Of a DNA stretch of 63,156 nucleotides, positions 8,718-21,319 are shown piece by piece (the stretch's first letter is position 1; every line of letters begins with the position of its first letter). The position numbers and the translations under genes are program-made. The notes under the pieces were generated by a model that saw nothing but the letters and a program-made list of their open reading frames with translations, was not told the origin of the DNA and searched no databases. Source of the DNA: Paraspadella gotoi (lineage: Eukaryota > Animalia > Chaetognatha). The stretch spans positions 7,934,763 to 7,997,918 of the forward strand of contig CM119271.1 of NCBI GenBank assembly GCA_051294375.1. Reading direction: 5' to 3'.

Positions 8718-11252
8718 TAGGTTGTCATTCGAAGTAGAAAGCACGATTTGTAACATGATCTTACAGCCTGTTTTGAAGCTTAGGAACTGCTTGTATTGAA
8801 CGTTTTCATCACTGACTCATAATAATTATTCTGTCTCTTCAATTTCATACCGCCAATGCAGTCATATCGCATTAAATACGAATTAATTGCCCTCTTATAT
8901 CTTTAATCNNNNNNNNNNTCAATTAAAACAGATAAATAGCTTTTTTTAACTTAACTGTTAACTTTAACTTTAACTGTAATTTTAAAAAGAGTAGGTAGAA
9001 GCAGACAAAATTTGATAACTGCCACATTCAATCACAATATACTATTTTGTAAAAAGAAAATCCAAAAATAAGAAAAACAAAATTGAGCAAACAATGGCGG
9101 AACTGCCCACGATCATTAGCGGTAAACAGCTGATCAGATACGTAATTAATTATTTAATAATATTTTTATTCGTGTTAAAATAGGTTTTCACTTTTTCTCG
9201 CCTTTTAATCACAACATAAATTAATAAATTAATTAATTACAAAATAATTACTAATTAATTAATTACTATTTATTAATAATTAATGCAGCTTGAAATTCCA
9301 TTAATATCAAAAAAAAAAGAGAGAGATCAAAAGTTAAAGGTAAAAAGTTTATCAACAAACGTGGAATTGATTTAGAGAAATAGAGTTGAAGTAGAAGTAG
9401 GAGTATGAAGACGATAAATTTGGACAGAATGAATTGGTACAAAAACCGATACAATTTATACAGGGCGAAAGGATCAGAGACGTGCGTAGAATTTCCCGGC
9501 GGATGGAAACACATCCGCCTATTGGCGCGGTCCCCCGGCTCTCGACCAATCAGTGAGCACGCGATTCCATTTCGGTGATTTCTTCCGAGTCTTCGATCCG
9601 ATCATTCGGTTCCATTCCATTCCATCTGTTGAGTTTCTAGATCTCCACAAATGATAGTTTTGACGGTAAACTTTACTGCCGATTTTGCTCCGAATGCTCA
9701 GATGCTTTTGGCTTTGATATATTTAAGCTCCCTATTCATATAAACTCTGCTGCGAAATTTTTTAAATTTTTTTGTATTTTCGAACCTTTTGTTGGCGACT
9801 TTGGTGCGTTGAGCAATGAGCAGTGCTTAATCTCGACTTAATAATAACTCAATCCATATATCAAAAGATAAAAATAGACCAATAACTTTATTACATATTC
9901 AATATCCAATAATCATAGAGCAGACGTGCATCAGCCGTGACATATAATGAAAGACCAGATATTCAAATTTAATGTAAAAATTCAACAATTAGAGGCTTAT
10001 AAACAGAACTATTGAAGTCATTCATATAAAGCTAAATTCAGATATTTGAGCCATTAAAAAAGAAAAGGTCAGGCGCTAATTCAGATAAAAATCATATAAA
10101 CTCTTTAAGCAGAAACATTCTTTGAAACATTATACCTCTTCATTGAAAATGGAACAATTTTTTGGCTGCCTTACTATATGTAACATTGCAGAAGATCTAG
10201 AAACTCAAATGGTAATAAAAATAATTAAGCATTTTCCAAAAAAAAATTNNNNNNNNNNNNNNNNNNNNNNNNNNNNNNNNNNNNNNNNNNNNNNNNNNNN
10301 NNNNNNNNNNNNNNNNNNNNNNNNNNNNNNNNNNNNNNNNNNNNNNNNNNNNNNNNNNNNNNNNNNNNNNNNNNNNNNNNNNNNNNNNNNNNNNNNNNNN
10401 NNNNNNNNNNNNNNNNNNNNNNNNNNNNNNNNNNNNNNNNNNNNNNNNNNNNNNNNNNNNNNNNNNNNNNNNNNNNNNNNNNNNNNNNNNNNNNNNNNNN
10501 NNNNNNNNNNNNNNNNNNNNNNNNNNNNNNNNNNNNNNNNNNNNNNNNNNNNNNNNNNNNNNNNNNNNNNNNNNNNNNNNNNNNNNNNNNNNNNNNNNNN
10601 NNNNNNNNNNNNNNNNNNNNNNNNNNNNNNNNNNNNNNNNNNNNNNNNNNNNNNNNNNNNNNNNNNNNNNNNNNNNNNNNNNNNNNNNNNNNNNNNNNNN
10701 NNNNNNNNNNNNNNNNNNNNNNNNNNNNNNNNNNNNGCATAACCTTATCACAAATTTTATGAACTATGCGATAATGCGAAATATGTGACAATGTGTGAAA
10801 TATTTGACGTATGAAATATGTGAAGTTTGTGGAATAAGTGACGATGTGAAATACATTATCTTTGTCCTTGAGCGAAAAATAATGCAATTGATTCCATTTA
10901 CGTACAACTTAAGGATATTAAGGATATAAGAATAAGTGATATTAGGAATATAAGGATATTAAGGATATTAAGGATATATCTTTTCGATGTGAACTTGACA
11001 AAATAAAGTTGTTTAAAAAATAGGGTGTTATTTTTAAAATGATTCAGTCGTCAAAGGAAAAAAAATACAGGGTCTTTCATTATTCTTTTTTTTAAACTAA
11101 AAACGATAAATCTTTTTCCTCTTGATGTTATTCTCGGAAGAGCCCACGGCGGCCGAGCATCTGATTTGAATTTTCATGGAACTTACTAAATCTGCATAAA
11201 CTAAAGAAATTTATGGAAAACAGAAGAGAGAATATTGGAATGGGAGGGATTC

Positions 11253-11307
<55 letters not shown>

Positions 11308-14295
11308 GAGGAGACTAATAAATTTTGCCATTTTGATCTTTTGTTGGAGTTATGTTATGGCGTTTGATAAAGCGATAGAAAGGAAGCGTCGGAAAAGCCA
11401 GAGGCAGAGAGAGAGGGAGAGAGAGAGAGAGAGAGAGAGATTTTCATGGGTTTTCATGCTGAGAAAATAATGAGTTGGAATCAACACGTCTCGAAAATCG
11501 GTTAGAGCCTCAATTCTCTTCGTCTGAGCAACGGACGTTTTCTGTTTACTAATGCCGCTGTTTAGTATTTTTTGGGGTATTGAGTATTTTAGCTGTTTGT
11601 TTGTGCCTCTCTCGATTTGCTGTACTTTTTCGTTGACTGACTTTTAGTTTCATTAAAGGACGCTAAGAATTTGGAACTGGTTGGTAAGTTTATTTATCAA
11701 CAAATTGGCGACGAAGAACGGAGATAAAAGTTTGAGTTTATAAAAACGGTGGATGAAATTAATGAGTTTAATTTCGACGATAAAAGGTTAAAAACGTGAG
11801 ATTAAAAACACTTAAAATTTAAACTACCAACGCTGAGAGTTAAAAGCGTTTAACGTCCGCGGGTTTTCGAGAGGCACTCTTTCTCTCTCTGGACGTTTCA
11901 AACGTTAAAAATAATCGCGATATCTTCTTCACATTCGATACTTTTCTTCGCGGGAAACGGACGAGGCAGCAGCCAGATATCATCTCGTCGTCGAGTCCTA
12001 CGGCCACGGTCGTGTCTAGTCATGACCGGCGTAACACTGTTAGTTCTTCGGCAGTGGGTATTTCGTGGGCTTTAGGAATAATTACTTAGAAACGAAATAT
12101 TAACATTTTAACTGTTTACAAATCAGAGCTAGAGAGAGAGAGAGAGAAGAGAGAGAGAATTAATGAATCCGACAAAGAATTAAAATAAGAATACAGCAGA
12201 AGATTAAGGACACTTAAATAGGATACTTAAATCTAATTTGCATATGGCAGAAGGAGGGACAACCGACATATTAATCATGCCTTCTCCCTAAAATAACATT
12301 TGCCATATTTTGCTACAATCAAGTTAAAAGATCGATCCGAAGATGCAGCCAAACGAAACCCTTCTCGTCAAAATTTTCTCACTGATAATTGACTCATTGT
12401 GATTTTCTTTTCGTCAATTAATAAACTTTTTGTTATGTTTTTTAAATGAGGCAAAACAGCCAATTGTCAAATTCCACGCATGCATTGTAAACAGTCTTTT
12501 ACACCGTTACTGTTTATGATTGTGTTAATACTGTTTTTGGTATTAAAAAAAAAATTGTGAACATTTGTATTAATATCGTTTTTGTTATAAATATAAAAAA
12601 AGCATGCATAGTTGAAAAACCTGCTACATTAGCTAGCCTTAAAGTATTTCATGTTATAAAGCAGGTTGTCCCGTTTGTTCTGTTCGAACTTCGAAACTCT
12701 TTCTCTGTGTCTGGAATCCGCGCTATAATTTATTAAAATGCTATTGTCAAGTACTGATATCCGACGCTTGCTTACAACATCACAGAGTAGGTAAAAAAAA
12801 AAGTTAAATTGTTATATTGGTTATATTGGTTGTATCAATTTCATAAAAAAAAAAAACTTTCGGCATTCGCTTGTTTACTTTCCAAATTTAACTGTTCCCA
12901 TGAAAGCCGATCCAGAGTTCAGTCTACCAGCGGCGCAACCCCCGAGAAAAAAAATGGAAATACAAAACAAAACAAATCGAAAATGGAAACAAAAGATAAA
13001 AAATAAACCAAAAAAAGAAGCGAACTCAGGAATAGGGGGGGAAGGGAAACACGCTTCCCTATTCTCTCGCAGAGCGGCGCGCGCGAGAAAAAAAAAAGTC
13101 GGAAGGAAGAAAATAAACAACAAAGGGATTTTTTTTTTGTGTGGCGCGAAAAAGCGAAAAAAAACCGACGTCGAAGAACTCAATTGGACGGAAATGAAAA
13201 AAAGCGTTTTTTTTTTTTAGGGGGGTTTAGGGGGCTGAGGTGGAAGAATGGGAGTTTAAGACGCTGGAAGGGGTGAAGCAGGTAGGACGGGGGGGGTGGG
13301 GGAGGAAGAAGAGAGACAATGGAGAGAAAGGCGTTAGAAACGGAGCGCTCCTGCTTGTCAATTCTTCAGCCTGTCCCTGTCTATTTAACCCGCTTNNNNN
13401 NNNNNNNNNNNNNNNNNNNNNNNNNNNNNNNNNNNNNNNNNNNNNNNNNNNNNNNNNNNNNNNNNNNNNNNNNNNNNNNNNNNNNNNNNNNNNNNNNNNN
13501 NNNNNNNNNNNNNNNNNNNNNNNNNNNNNNNNNNNNNNAAATGTTATGGACTAATTCATAAGAAACTATAAAATATAAATTTTGTATAATTGTGCATTTT
13601 GTATACTTTTATTATTACCAGGTCACTTTGAATTTGATATTTTTTTTTCCACAAAAAAATAATTTTATGTTTTTAATTTTTTTTTATTAATAACAAAAAT
13701 GACATTAACACAATCGACAACAAGAGACAGTAACAGTAACAACAACTATGTAATAAGATTATTTTGGTTTATATCTCGTCATCACTAGAAAATATATATG
13801 ATAAAAGATAATTCCCTACTCCTCTTTTTAAAAAAGAATTAATATGCAAATAAGATTTAGAAATGAGGCTTGTAGAAAACAAATGATTAATCCCATAGAC
13901 ATAGTCAATCGGTCGAAAAAACTGTTTCATTTCATTTCAAGCAAAGATTCGTGAGAAACAAGATCGAAGGGGAAGAATTGTTTTGGATAGGGAGTGAGAG
14001 ATCTTTCACAGTCGCGAGTGAGAGATTTTTCACAGCCGCGAGTGAAGCTGCGATGACTTTGGTTATTTTTAGTCGCTTGTCGTTGTGGAAATAGGTGGGA
14101 TGGGCTCTGGTCGTTTATTTTCTTTGAAAAAAGTCGGTTCTTTTGTAGTTTTTTTTTCCTGGTAGTTTTGTTGCTTTTGTTTTTTGGTTGTCGTTGTTGT
14201 TGTTAGCCCCGGAAGCGCCATTAGGCCCTTGAAGCGCTGTGAAGCTGGGGTCAAGTTCTCGGATGCGAGAGAGAAAGAGAGAGAGAGGGAGAAAG

Positions 14296-14330
<35 letters not shown>

Positions 14331-14659
14331 GAGAGAAGAGAGAGAGGAGAGAAGAGAGCGGTTTCCCTCGGCGTCCTTAAGATCGTTTTCCTTTCTCCCC
14401 AGAGGTGGAGAACGATGTTGACGAAAGAGAGAGAGGGAGAGAGAGAGAGAGGTCTCTTGACGGAAGCCGAAAAAGGAGGTGGAAAACATCCGGGAAAAAA
14501 CATTAAATCCTCGATGAAAGGATGTGAATTGTGAAACGCGTCCATTCACAAACACATTCGTGAACAAATACGGATTCGTAAATTTCAAATGGGATGAGTC
14601 ATCTCGTATGAGCTATCAAGATGCCAATGAACAAGTTTGAATCAAACAATACCTCAAAC

Positions 14660-14750
14660 GTCATGTCATGTCATGTGTTGTCATGTTACGAGAAATACAC
14701 GTAATAAAGCAGTCACTGCGGCGCAACATATTTTAATTACTGTTCTTGTT
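14660..14750 (-). mobile_element. Truncated copy of repeat family 1
   Basis: gtcatgtcatg...gcagtcactgcggcgcaaca...aattactgttcttgtt is the reverse complement of the family's first ~100 nt. Confidence 0.65.
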
Positions 14751-15721
14751 TTTATAATCTTTACTTTTAAAGGAATTGTTCTTTCAAATTTTGTTCCTTT
14801 AGTCGGTTAAAGACGTAATCGTGGTTTTGGTGGTGGTTGGGGTGAAAGTTGTAGTAGTTGTTTTATTATATTAGACTAACTTACATTAAATTTTAAAAGC
14901 GAACGTAAAAGTTTAATAAATTTTACTATGTATGATATTTAATTATTATTTCTTTCATATTTTTTCTTATAATCGCTCTTTATATTCTTTTATATTCTTT
15001 TATTATGTAATGGGGAGAAGGGTGTCTGTAATAGTGTTAATACTGTTTTTGATATAAATATAAAAAAAAGGGTTCTGTAATATATGGAATAACTAAATTT
15101 AAAAAAAAAATTAGATTTTATGTATAGTTAATAACATACAAGCCTTTAAAGTTTATCGTATTTCTATAAATTGTACAAATTTTTTTTTCAATTCAGCATT
15201 TTTACAAACGGATTCTGGTAAAGCATGAAAAAATAAATAGAAAATATTATTATTAGATTTCCCTCTTTTCGTTCCTATGCATTGATAAATATTTAAATGC
15301 TTCAATGTTATACTGTGGTTCACTAGTAACAAAAAGGGATAGTAAATATCGATTAAGTATATGATGGACAAATAAATTTTATATTACAGAACTTCTAATG
15401 ATAAAAAAAAAAGTGATAAATTTCGACCCACCCTTAATATATAGGTATAGATATCTCTCGACATATAAGTCAGCGCTCGAGGAAACCCCGATTATTCATT
15501 AACCCATTTTTTTCGATTTTCTGCATTCGACCTTTAATCACGACGAAAGCAGATTATTCATTTACTCGTTATACATATTGATTCGACGCCGGTCGATTAG
15601 TATCAACGACTTTTACTTTTGTACGTATATAGGAAAGACTAAGCCATTAAGCCTAAAAATAATATATATATATATATTTATATAGCGTTGTAAACAGTTC
15701 GGACACCTTGATAATTCCATC

Positions 15722-18001
15722 ATGGGTATTTCTCAACTTGTCGTACAGACCGTCTTGGCCGTCGCCGATTTGGCCACCGATTTGAAAACCATCGTAGAAC
15801 ATATTTCTTCTCAAAAACTGATCCATAATTTTTTGGGTCTCGCTTTTTTATTCGTGTTCCTTCTTCACTGCGTCGTTTCCGCGGTTTACGGTTTGGCGAT
15901 CCTGGCGAAACATGGACGACGTTTCGACGTCATTTGGAGAAATCGGTGGCGAAGAGCGGCCACTGTTCTGCTTCACGCCGCGGGATTCGCCGCAATTCCT
16001 ATCAACTACGATTTTTATTCGTCAAACGAGAAGGAAAACGGAAACGTTATGAGATTTAAAGACGATCACAAATTTATTTTAAATGTAATTCACGCGTTGT
16101 TCGAATCCTTTCCTCAAACGCTGCTTCAAACGGCTTCGACTTTTCTGGGGATGATAAAATTAAATGATGAAATTTGTCTGCCCACCTTAGAATGGTTCAG
16201 AAGTTTTCGACATTATACCGATGCCAACGCTCCCATTACTGGATCAGTGCATTATTACGACGATGAAAAGCAAAATCTCACGGTGACAGATATAAATTGC
16301 TTCTGCGATACAGGCAAAATTCATTCTAACTATTACACGTGCAGTTGGAGAATTCGAGATTACAGCTCGCTCATCTCCATAGCCTTGTCGTCAACGTCCC
16401 TGGCAAGTATCATATTCGAAATCCGGAGTTCAAGAATGGAAATTTTTAAAGAAAAGTATAGTTGGGGTAGAAAATTGACGAGTTTCCTTGGATCAGTCCA
16501 AGGTTTCATGGGCCTCGGCATCGGAGTTTACTTCATTTACTCCTACACCTCCCAGTTCTCTTTTATATTCTTAATACTTTTTCCGTTTTTAATTTTTCGA
16601 GTTTTTACTTTGTCTGAACTGGCGTACTTTGTCAAATTATCAAAACAGAATTCGTATTTTTTTCAAAACGTTCTCTTAGTCGGTGATGACTCTATTCAAA
16701 GATTGACAGCTATTTATTTCAATTTTTTCGTCGTCTCCTTGAGTTTAAATTTTAAACTTCACCAGAACTTGATTGATTCTCTCCGTCCGACGAAAACGAG
16801 ATGGCATGATTTTAATGCAAACCATTATATGCGCGAAAGAATTACGTTTTACGTAAGTTTTTATAAAGTAAAATATGATTATAATTTTCTTAATTTGTTT
16901 TTTTACATAGAAAATACCGAAGGAAAAAAATGGGATAACAGTATTGGAAAGTATTATTCTTCTGTGTTTTCGGACAATCATGGCGATAAAATGAGAGACA
17001 TCGGTTTATTTCTCGGCAACAGTCAATTATTCTTTTTAACGAACAAACTTATTTTTACTCTACTCTCTTTTGAGATAATATTCGGTTTAATCGATTCGCT
17101 AATTTTATTAATTTTTAAAAAGAAGATTTTCAAATTAATTTTAGTATATGAGTCCTTTTTATATTTTTCAGCTTTGATAGTTATTAAATTATTCCATCGA
17201 GAAAGTGGAGATAAACGGGTTTTACACAAAGAAAAACATCGAGAAAATACTTTGCTATCGGCCAATTTTTTTCCATTGGCCATTTCATTTCTTATTTTAC
17301 TGGCGTCAAAGAAAATTGTAAGGAAACGCGGAAACAAAATTGTATCAATACTTCATTTAATGTCGTCCATCCTTTTTTCTGTGCTTGCCGCCTGTTATGT
17401 GCTTTCAATAAATTTAGGTTTCTACTTAAAAAAAGACTGGAAGATTTTAAGTGATTGCTTTGTGAATGGCTCTTACCAAGGACGGCTTGCAGCGTATGAT
17501 CACACTACAATGATTTCAACTGTGCACAAGTGCGTTTTTTTTAACGAAAATTTCTTTTTTCTTCTTTGTCTTTCCTTTTTCCCTTTTTTTAACTCCCTTT
17601 TTGCGGTGAAATTGATTGGAAGAAAGGCGGAATTTTTTCAAAAAAATTTAATTCTAATTTTATTTTTATTTTATGGAATTCTCTATGTTTCACTGAAGAC
17701 GTATGGCAAAAAAATCAAGGCCTTCACGAAGCTGAGTAGTGAATTTGTTTCTACGCGAGAATCGAGAGACCAAAGAAACGAAGAAATACTTAAAAGCTTA
17801 CGAACCTTAGCTCATTGTTGTTCCACGACTGCCTTAAATTACTCCTCTTGTGCAGACCAGTCAGTTTTTTTCGAGATTTTTATTTCAAATCTATTATATC
17901 ATTTTAATGACTGGATAAATCTTACGGTCAAAGATTTTGCAAACCTAAAGTGCTTAATATTCTTAATTTTACCCGCATTAATTGTACTTCTACATGCTTG
18001 A
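15722..18001 (+). CDS. Intronless 759-aa multi-pass membrane protein, XK-related (XKR scramblase-like) N-terminal domain plus divergent hydrophobic C-terminal half
   Basis: 2.28-kb stop-free ORF in AT-rich DNA. XK-family hallmarks are TM1 'ADLATD', 'HALFESFPQTLLQ' (ExxPQxxLQ, ESFPQ at 16103-16117) and 'SLISIALSSTSLA'. Many hydrophobic segments. AATAAA at 18191-18196. Family assignment is by motif recognition only. Confidence 0.8.
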   Translation: MGISQLVVQTVLAVADLATDLKTIVEHISSQKLIHNFLGLAFLFVFLLHCVVSAVYGLAILAKHGRRFDVIWRNRWRRAATVLLHAAGFAAIPINYDFYSSNEKENGNVMRFKDDHKFILNVIHALFESFPQTLLQTASTFLGMIKLNDEICLPTLEWFRSFRHYTDANAPITGSVHYYDDEKQNLTVTDINCFCDTGKIHSNYYTCSWRIRDYSSLISIALSSTSLASIIFEIRSSRMEIFKEKYSWGRKLTSFLGSVQGFMGLGIGVYFIYSYTSQFSFIFLILFPFLIFRVFTLSELAYFVKLSKQNSYFFQNVLLVGDDSIQRLTAIYFNFFVVSLSLNFKLHQNLIDSLRPTKTRWHDFNANHYMRERITFYVSFYKVKYDYNFLNLFFYIENTEGKKWDNSIGKYYSSVFSDNHGDKMRDIGLFLGNSQLFFLTNKLIFTLLSFEIIFGLIDSLILLIFKKKIFKLILVYESFLYFSALIVIKLFHRESGDKRVLHKEKHRENTLLSANFFPLAISFLILLASKKIVRKRGNKIVSILHLMSSILFSVLAACYVLSINLGFYLKKDWKILSDCFVNGSYQGRLAAYDHTTMISTVHKCVFFNENFFFLLCLSFFPFFNSLFAVKLIGRKAEFFQKNLILILFLFYGILYVSLKTYGKKIKAFTKLSSEFVSTRESRDQRNEEILKSLRTLAHCCSTTALNYSSCADQSVFFEIFISNLLYHFNDWINLTVKDFANLKCLIFLILPALIVLLHA

Positions 18002-21000
18002 TGTCATTATCGAAAGATAGTTATCATTAATGTAGTTTCTAAAAACTGTTTTACTAATATTATATAATACAGTGAGAATACTGCGTAAATTGTGTTAAAT
18101 GTTGTCAATTCTCTGTCCTATCTTTTAGAAGTTTTTTTATATGTTTGTAATTAAAATAACGTATTAAATATTCATAATGCCTCAACAAAAAATAAATTTA
18201 TGATTAAGTGATTATTACATTTTGATACTACCATAAAAAATACTGAAGCAATCTACATGGTTGATGTTGATTTAAATTAGTATAAAAGTGTATTAGTCTT
18301 TAAGAGATCTAATCATCGAAGTTTTTTTTTAGAAATAGGTATAAAACGAACAAACGGTGAAATACAAATTTTGATTAATGTTTATATCTTGTACAGATAG
18401 TAAAGAAACTAAAGATAATACATCACTTAACAAGAAAATTAAAATATTTTATCCGGATATATTTGTATTATAAACCTAACTAAAAAGTATTTTTACTATT
18501 CCTTTCTTTTTTCTTTCCTTTCCACTCATTTTCATTCTTTCTCTCCCTCTATTCTCTCCCCCCCCTTCTTAACCATTATCTTTCTCTCTTCCCCCCCCAA
18601 TCCTTCCCCGCTTTTGTTCCCCGCTCTTCCCCTCCGTTTCCCCACATCTTTCCCCAGGGAGAGAGAGAGAGAATCGCGGGTTTCGAATTCGTCGTTTTAC
18701 GATCAACACACGCGCGCCTCTCGCGGCGAAACTCGGCGTTAAGGGGTCGCCGCTAGGGGGACGAGGCGACGCAACTCGGACGAGCGACGGGGATTTTTTG
18801 AAAACCGCGGGGGCTTATCGATTCGTAGACGTTGGGCGCCGGGAGAGGATAAGGAGGAAAGAAAATAAAGATAGAGAGAGAGACAGCAATATAAACAAGA
18901 ACGAAAAAAGAACAAGTTTGAGCAAACAATCCCGGATCTGCTAACGATCATTAGCGGTAAGCAGCTGATCAGATAATTAATTAATCAAGCTAAAAATGAC
19001 ATAGAAAAAGAAAAGAATAAAGAAAGAACGAAAACACGAAAGAAAGAAACAAAGAAAGTAAGAAAGGAAAAAAAAGGGAATGAATTATAAAAATAAAAAT
19101 AAAAAAGAAAATTGATAAAGGGTAAAAAGACAAAAAAGATATTTGAGAATTGAAGAAAGAAAAAACAATTATGCGCGCGAAACGACAATTTTTATGTCAA
19201 GTTTTTGTAATCATGATAATTGATCAATAATACAAATCACAAACACAACAGGTAAAAATACAAAACATCGATTATTAAAAAAATCACCATTTAATAGAAG
19301 ATGCACTTAATTCATCAAGTAAGGTTTCCAACATGTACAGTTTTTTACGCTTTAATGATTAAAACTGATTTCGTTTGAGTATACTTAATGCCCTTCGAGA
19401 TATTGAAGAAATGCTCTAATTTTTCAGTTTTTCAGCATTTTGTGAAAAGTTGGCAGCATTTCCCATAATTCTTTTAAAAAAAAGAATATTGTAAAACATC
19501 CGCGCATGTATGAAGCTCGTTTTGAGCCCTACCACTAAGCGAACAACAAAAATATCCCAAAAACAAAAACAACAACAGCAGCAGCAGCAGCAGCAGCAAC
19601 CACCATCCCGACTCCAGCGACTTTTCTATCACAAAGAGAGAAAGTCTTAAAATCTCTCTAAGTTCCAAACCAGGCGACTTTTTTTTTGTCTTTAGAGTTT
19701 CGCGCGTCTCGTAAAAAAACGAGAAAAAGATAAAAAAAACGAAAAAAAACCGTTTTTTTTTTGTTTTGCTTTATGTCGCTTTCCTGCGGTTTATTTCCCG
19801 CGCGCAGGTGTGAATCGTCTTCCAAGTCATATTCGTCGTTGTCGTTGTCGTCGTCGTCATCGTTGTCGTCGTTGCGAATTTGGTTGTCGTCGTGATTGTC
19901 GTAATCGCTGTCGTCGTCGTTGTCGTTGTCATTTGTCGACTTTTGTACTCCCTTTGTCGTTGTCGCAGAGAGGAGTCGTATCGTTGTTAATTTTGATCCG
20001 TTTTTTGGACGTGACACCCTTTTAAAAATGTCTTAGTAGTAGTGTATTAGAGTGTAATAAGAACATCGACTTGTGTTTTCGTCGTCGTCATCATTATCAT
20101 CATCATCATCATATCATCATCATCATCATCATCATCATCGTCATCATCATCATCTCATCCATGAAAACTAGGATTTAAACGTCGGTATTTCGATCTTTGG
20201 ATCGATTTCGTCTGTCGTCGTCGTCATCATTCTCGTCGTGTGATATATGATCGAAATTGAACCGGCGATTTTTTTTTGTCGCGATCGCAAAAAAAAAAAA
20301 AGGGAAAGAAATCTTGGCACTCTGTGGATTATTCTTTTTTTTTTGGCACCTGCGAAATTTTTTTAAAAAAAAATCTCGGCATCTGAAGTGAGCGATTGAG
20401 TGGTTTGAATCAGGATCGAGTTTAAGAGGATTTTGACGCGCGGGCCGATTGGGGGGGGGAGGTGCGTGGGGAAATTTAGCAATCGCAGCTTAGCAACGAG
20501 AATTTAAAATGGTACCAGAGCTTGTTCGGTGGCCCGATGTTGATTATTCTTATAATCTACGTAGTTCTTTATATTTTTTAGTCTTAAATCGTCGTCGTCG
20601 TCGACGTCATTATTCTTTATCGTCCCCGACGTCGTCCCGTCGCCACGCCCACCGAGTCCGACAAAATGGCGAACCGAAGAGGATCAGAGTCCGGAATTTT
20701 TAAATTTTTATTTTCGCGCTCGTTCTCAAATTAAGAATTAAAAAAAAAATGCTTTTTTAGCATAATTTAAGACAAAACATAAATATAGTCGAAACAACCG
20801 ACTGACCATGAAAAAAAAAGGAAGTAGCGAGCGGGCCCGTGGCTTTGAATATGCTTTTGAATAAAATGCGGAAAAACAGAAATAACAAATTTCACTGTTT
20901 TGTATATTCATGAAAGAAAACATTCGTCGGGGTCGACGGCATCGTCCTCGTCGTTCGTCGTCTTTGTTATCGTCTTTGTCTTTGTCATTTTCGCCGCTGT

Positions 21001-21287
21001 CTTCGTCTACATCCTTCTCGTCGTATTGGTCGTCGTCTTCGTCGTCGTCGTCGTCGTCTTCGTCGTCTCCACCGTCCGACGGGCGACATCTTTTCCCGCC
21101 TCCTTCTTGCCTACGAATGGCCCGAAGTGGGAAACACTCCTGGCGGCGACCGGCGGGTCTCTCTTCTCTGCGCTTTCTTTTCTGCTCTCTCTACTTTATT
21201 CTCTTTCTCCTACTTTCCTTCCTCTCTCTGCTATTTATTTATCTCTCCAATTGCACCTTTCTCTCCTTCTCTCTCTCTCTTCTCTCT

Positions 21288-21319
<32 letters not shown>

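Noticed and set aside
10122-10887. Long ORFs spanning N runs (also 13240-13561, 40549-40902, 41895-42641, 61795-62266)
   Set aside because: Open only because of assembly gaps.
16745-17337. Antisense ORFs within the XK-like CDS (and 2075..2619, 3172..3525 over the transporter)
   Set aside because: Shadow or alternative-frame ORFs of real coding sequence.
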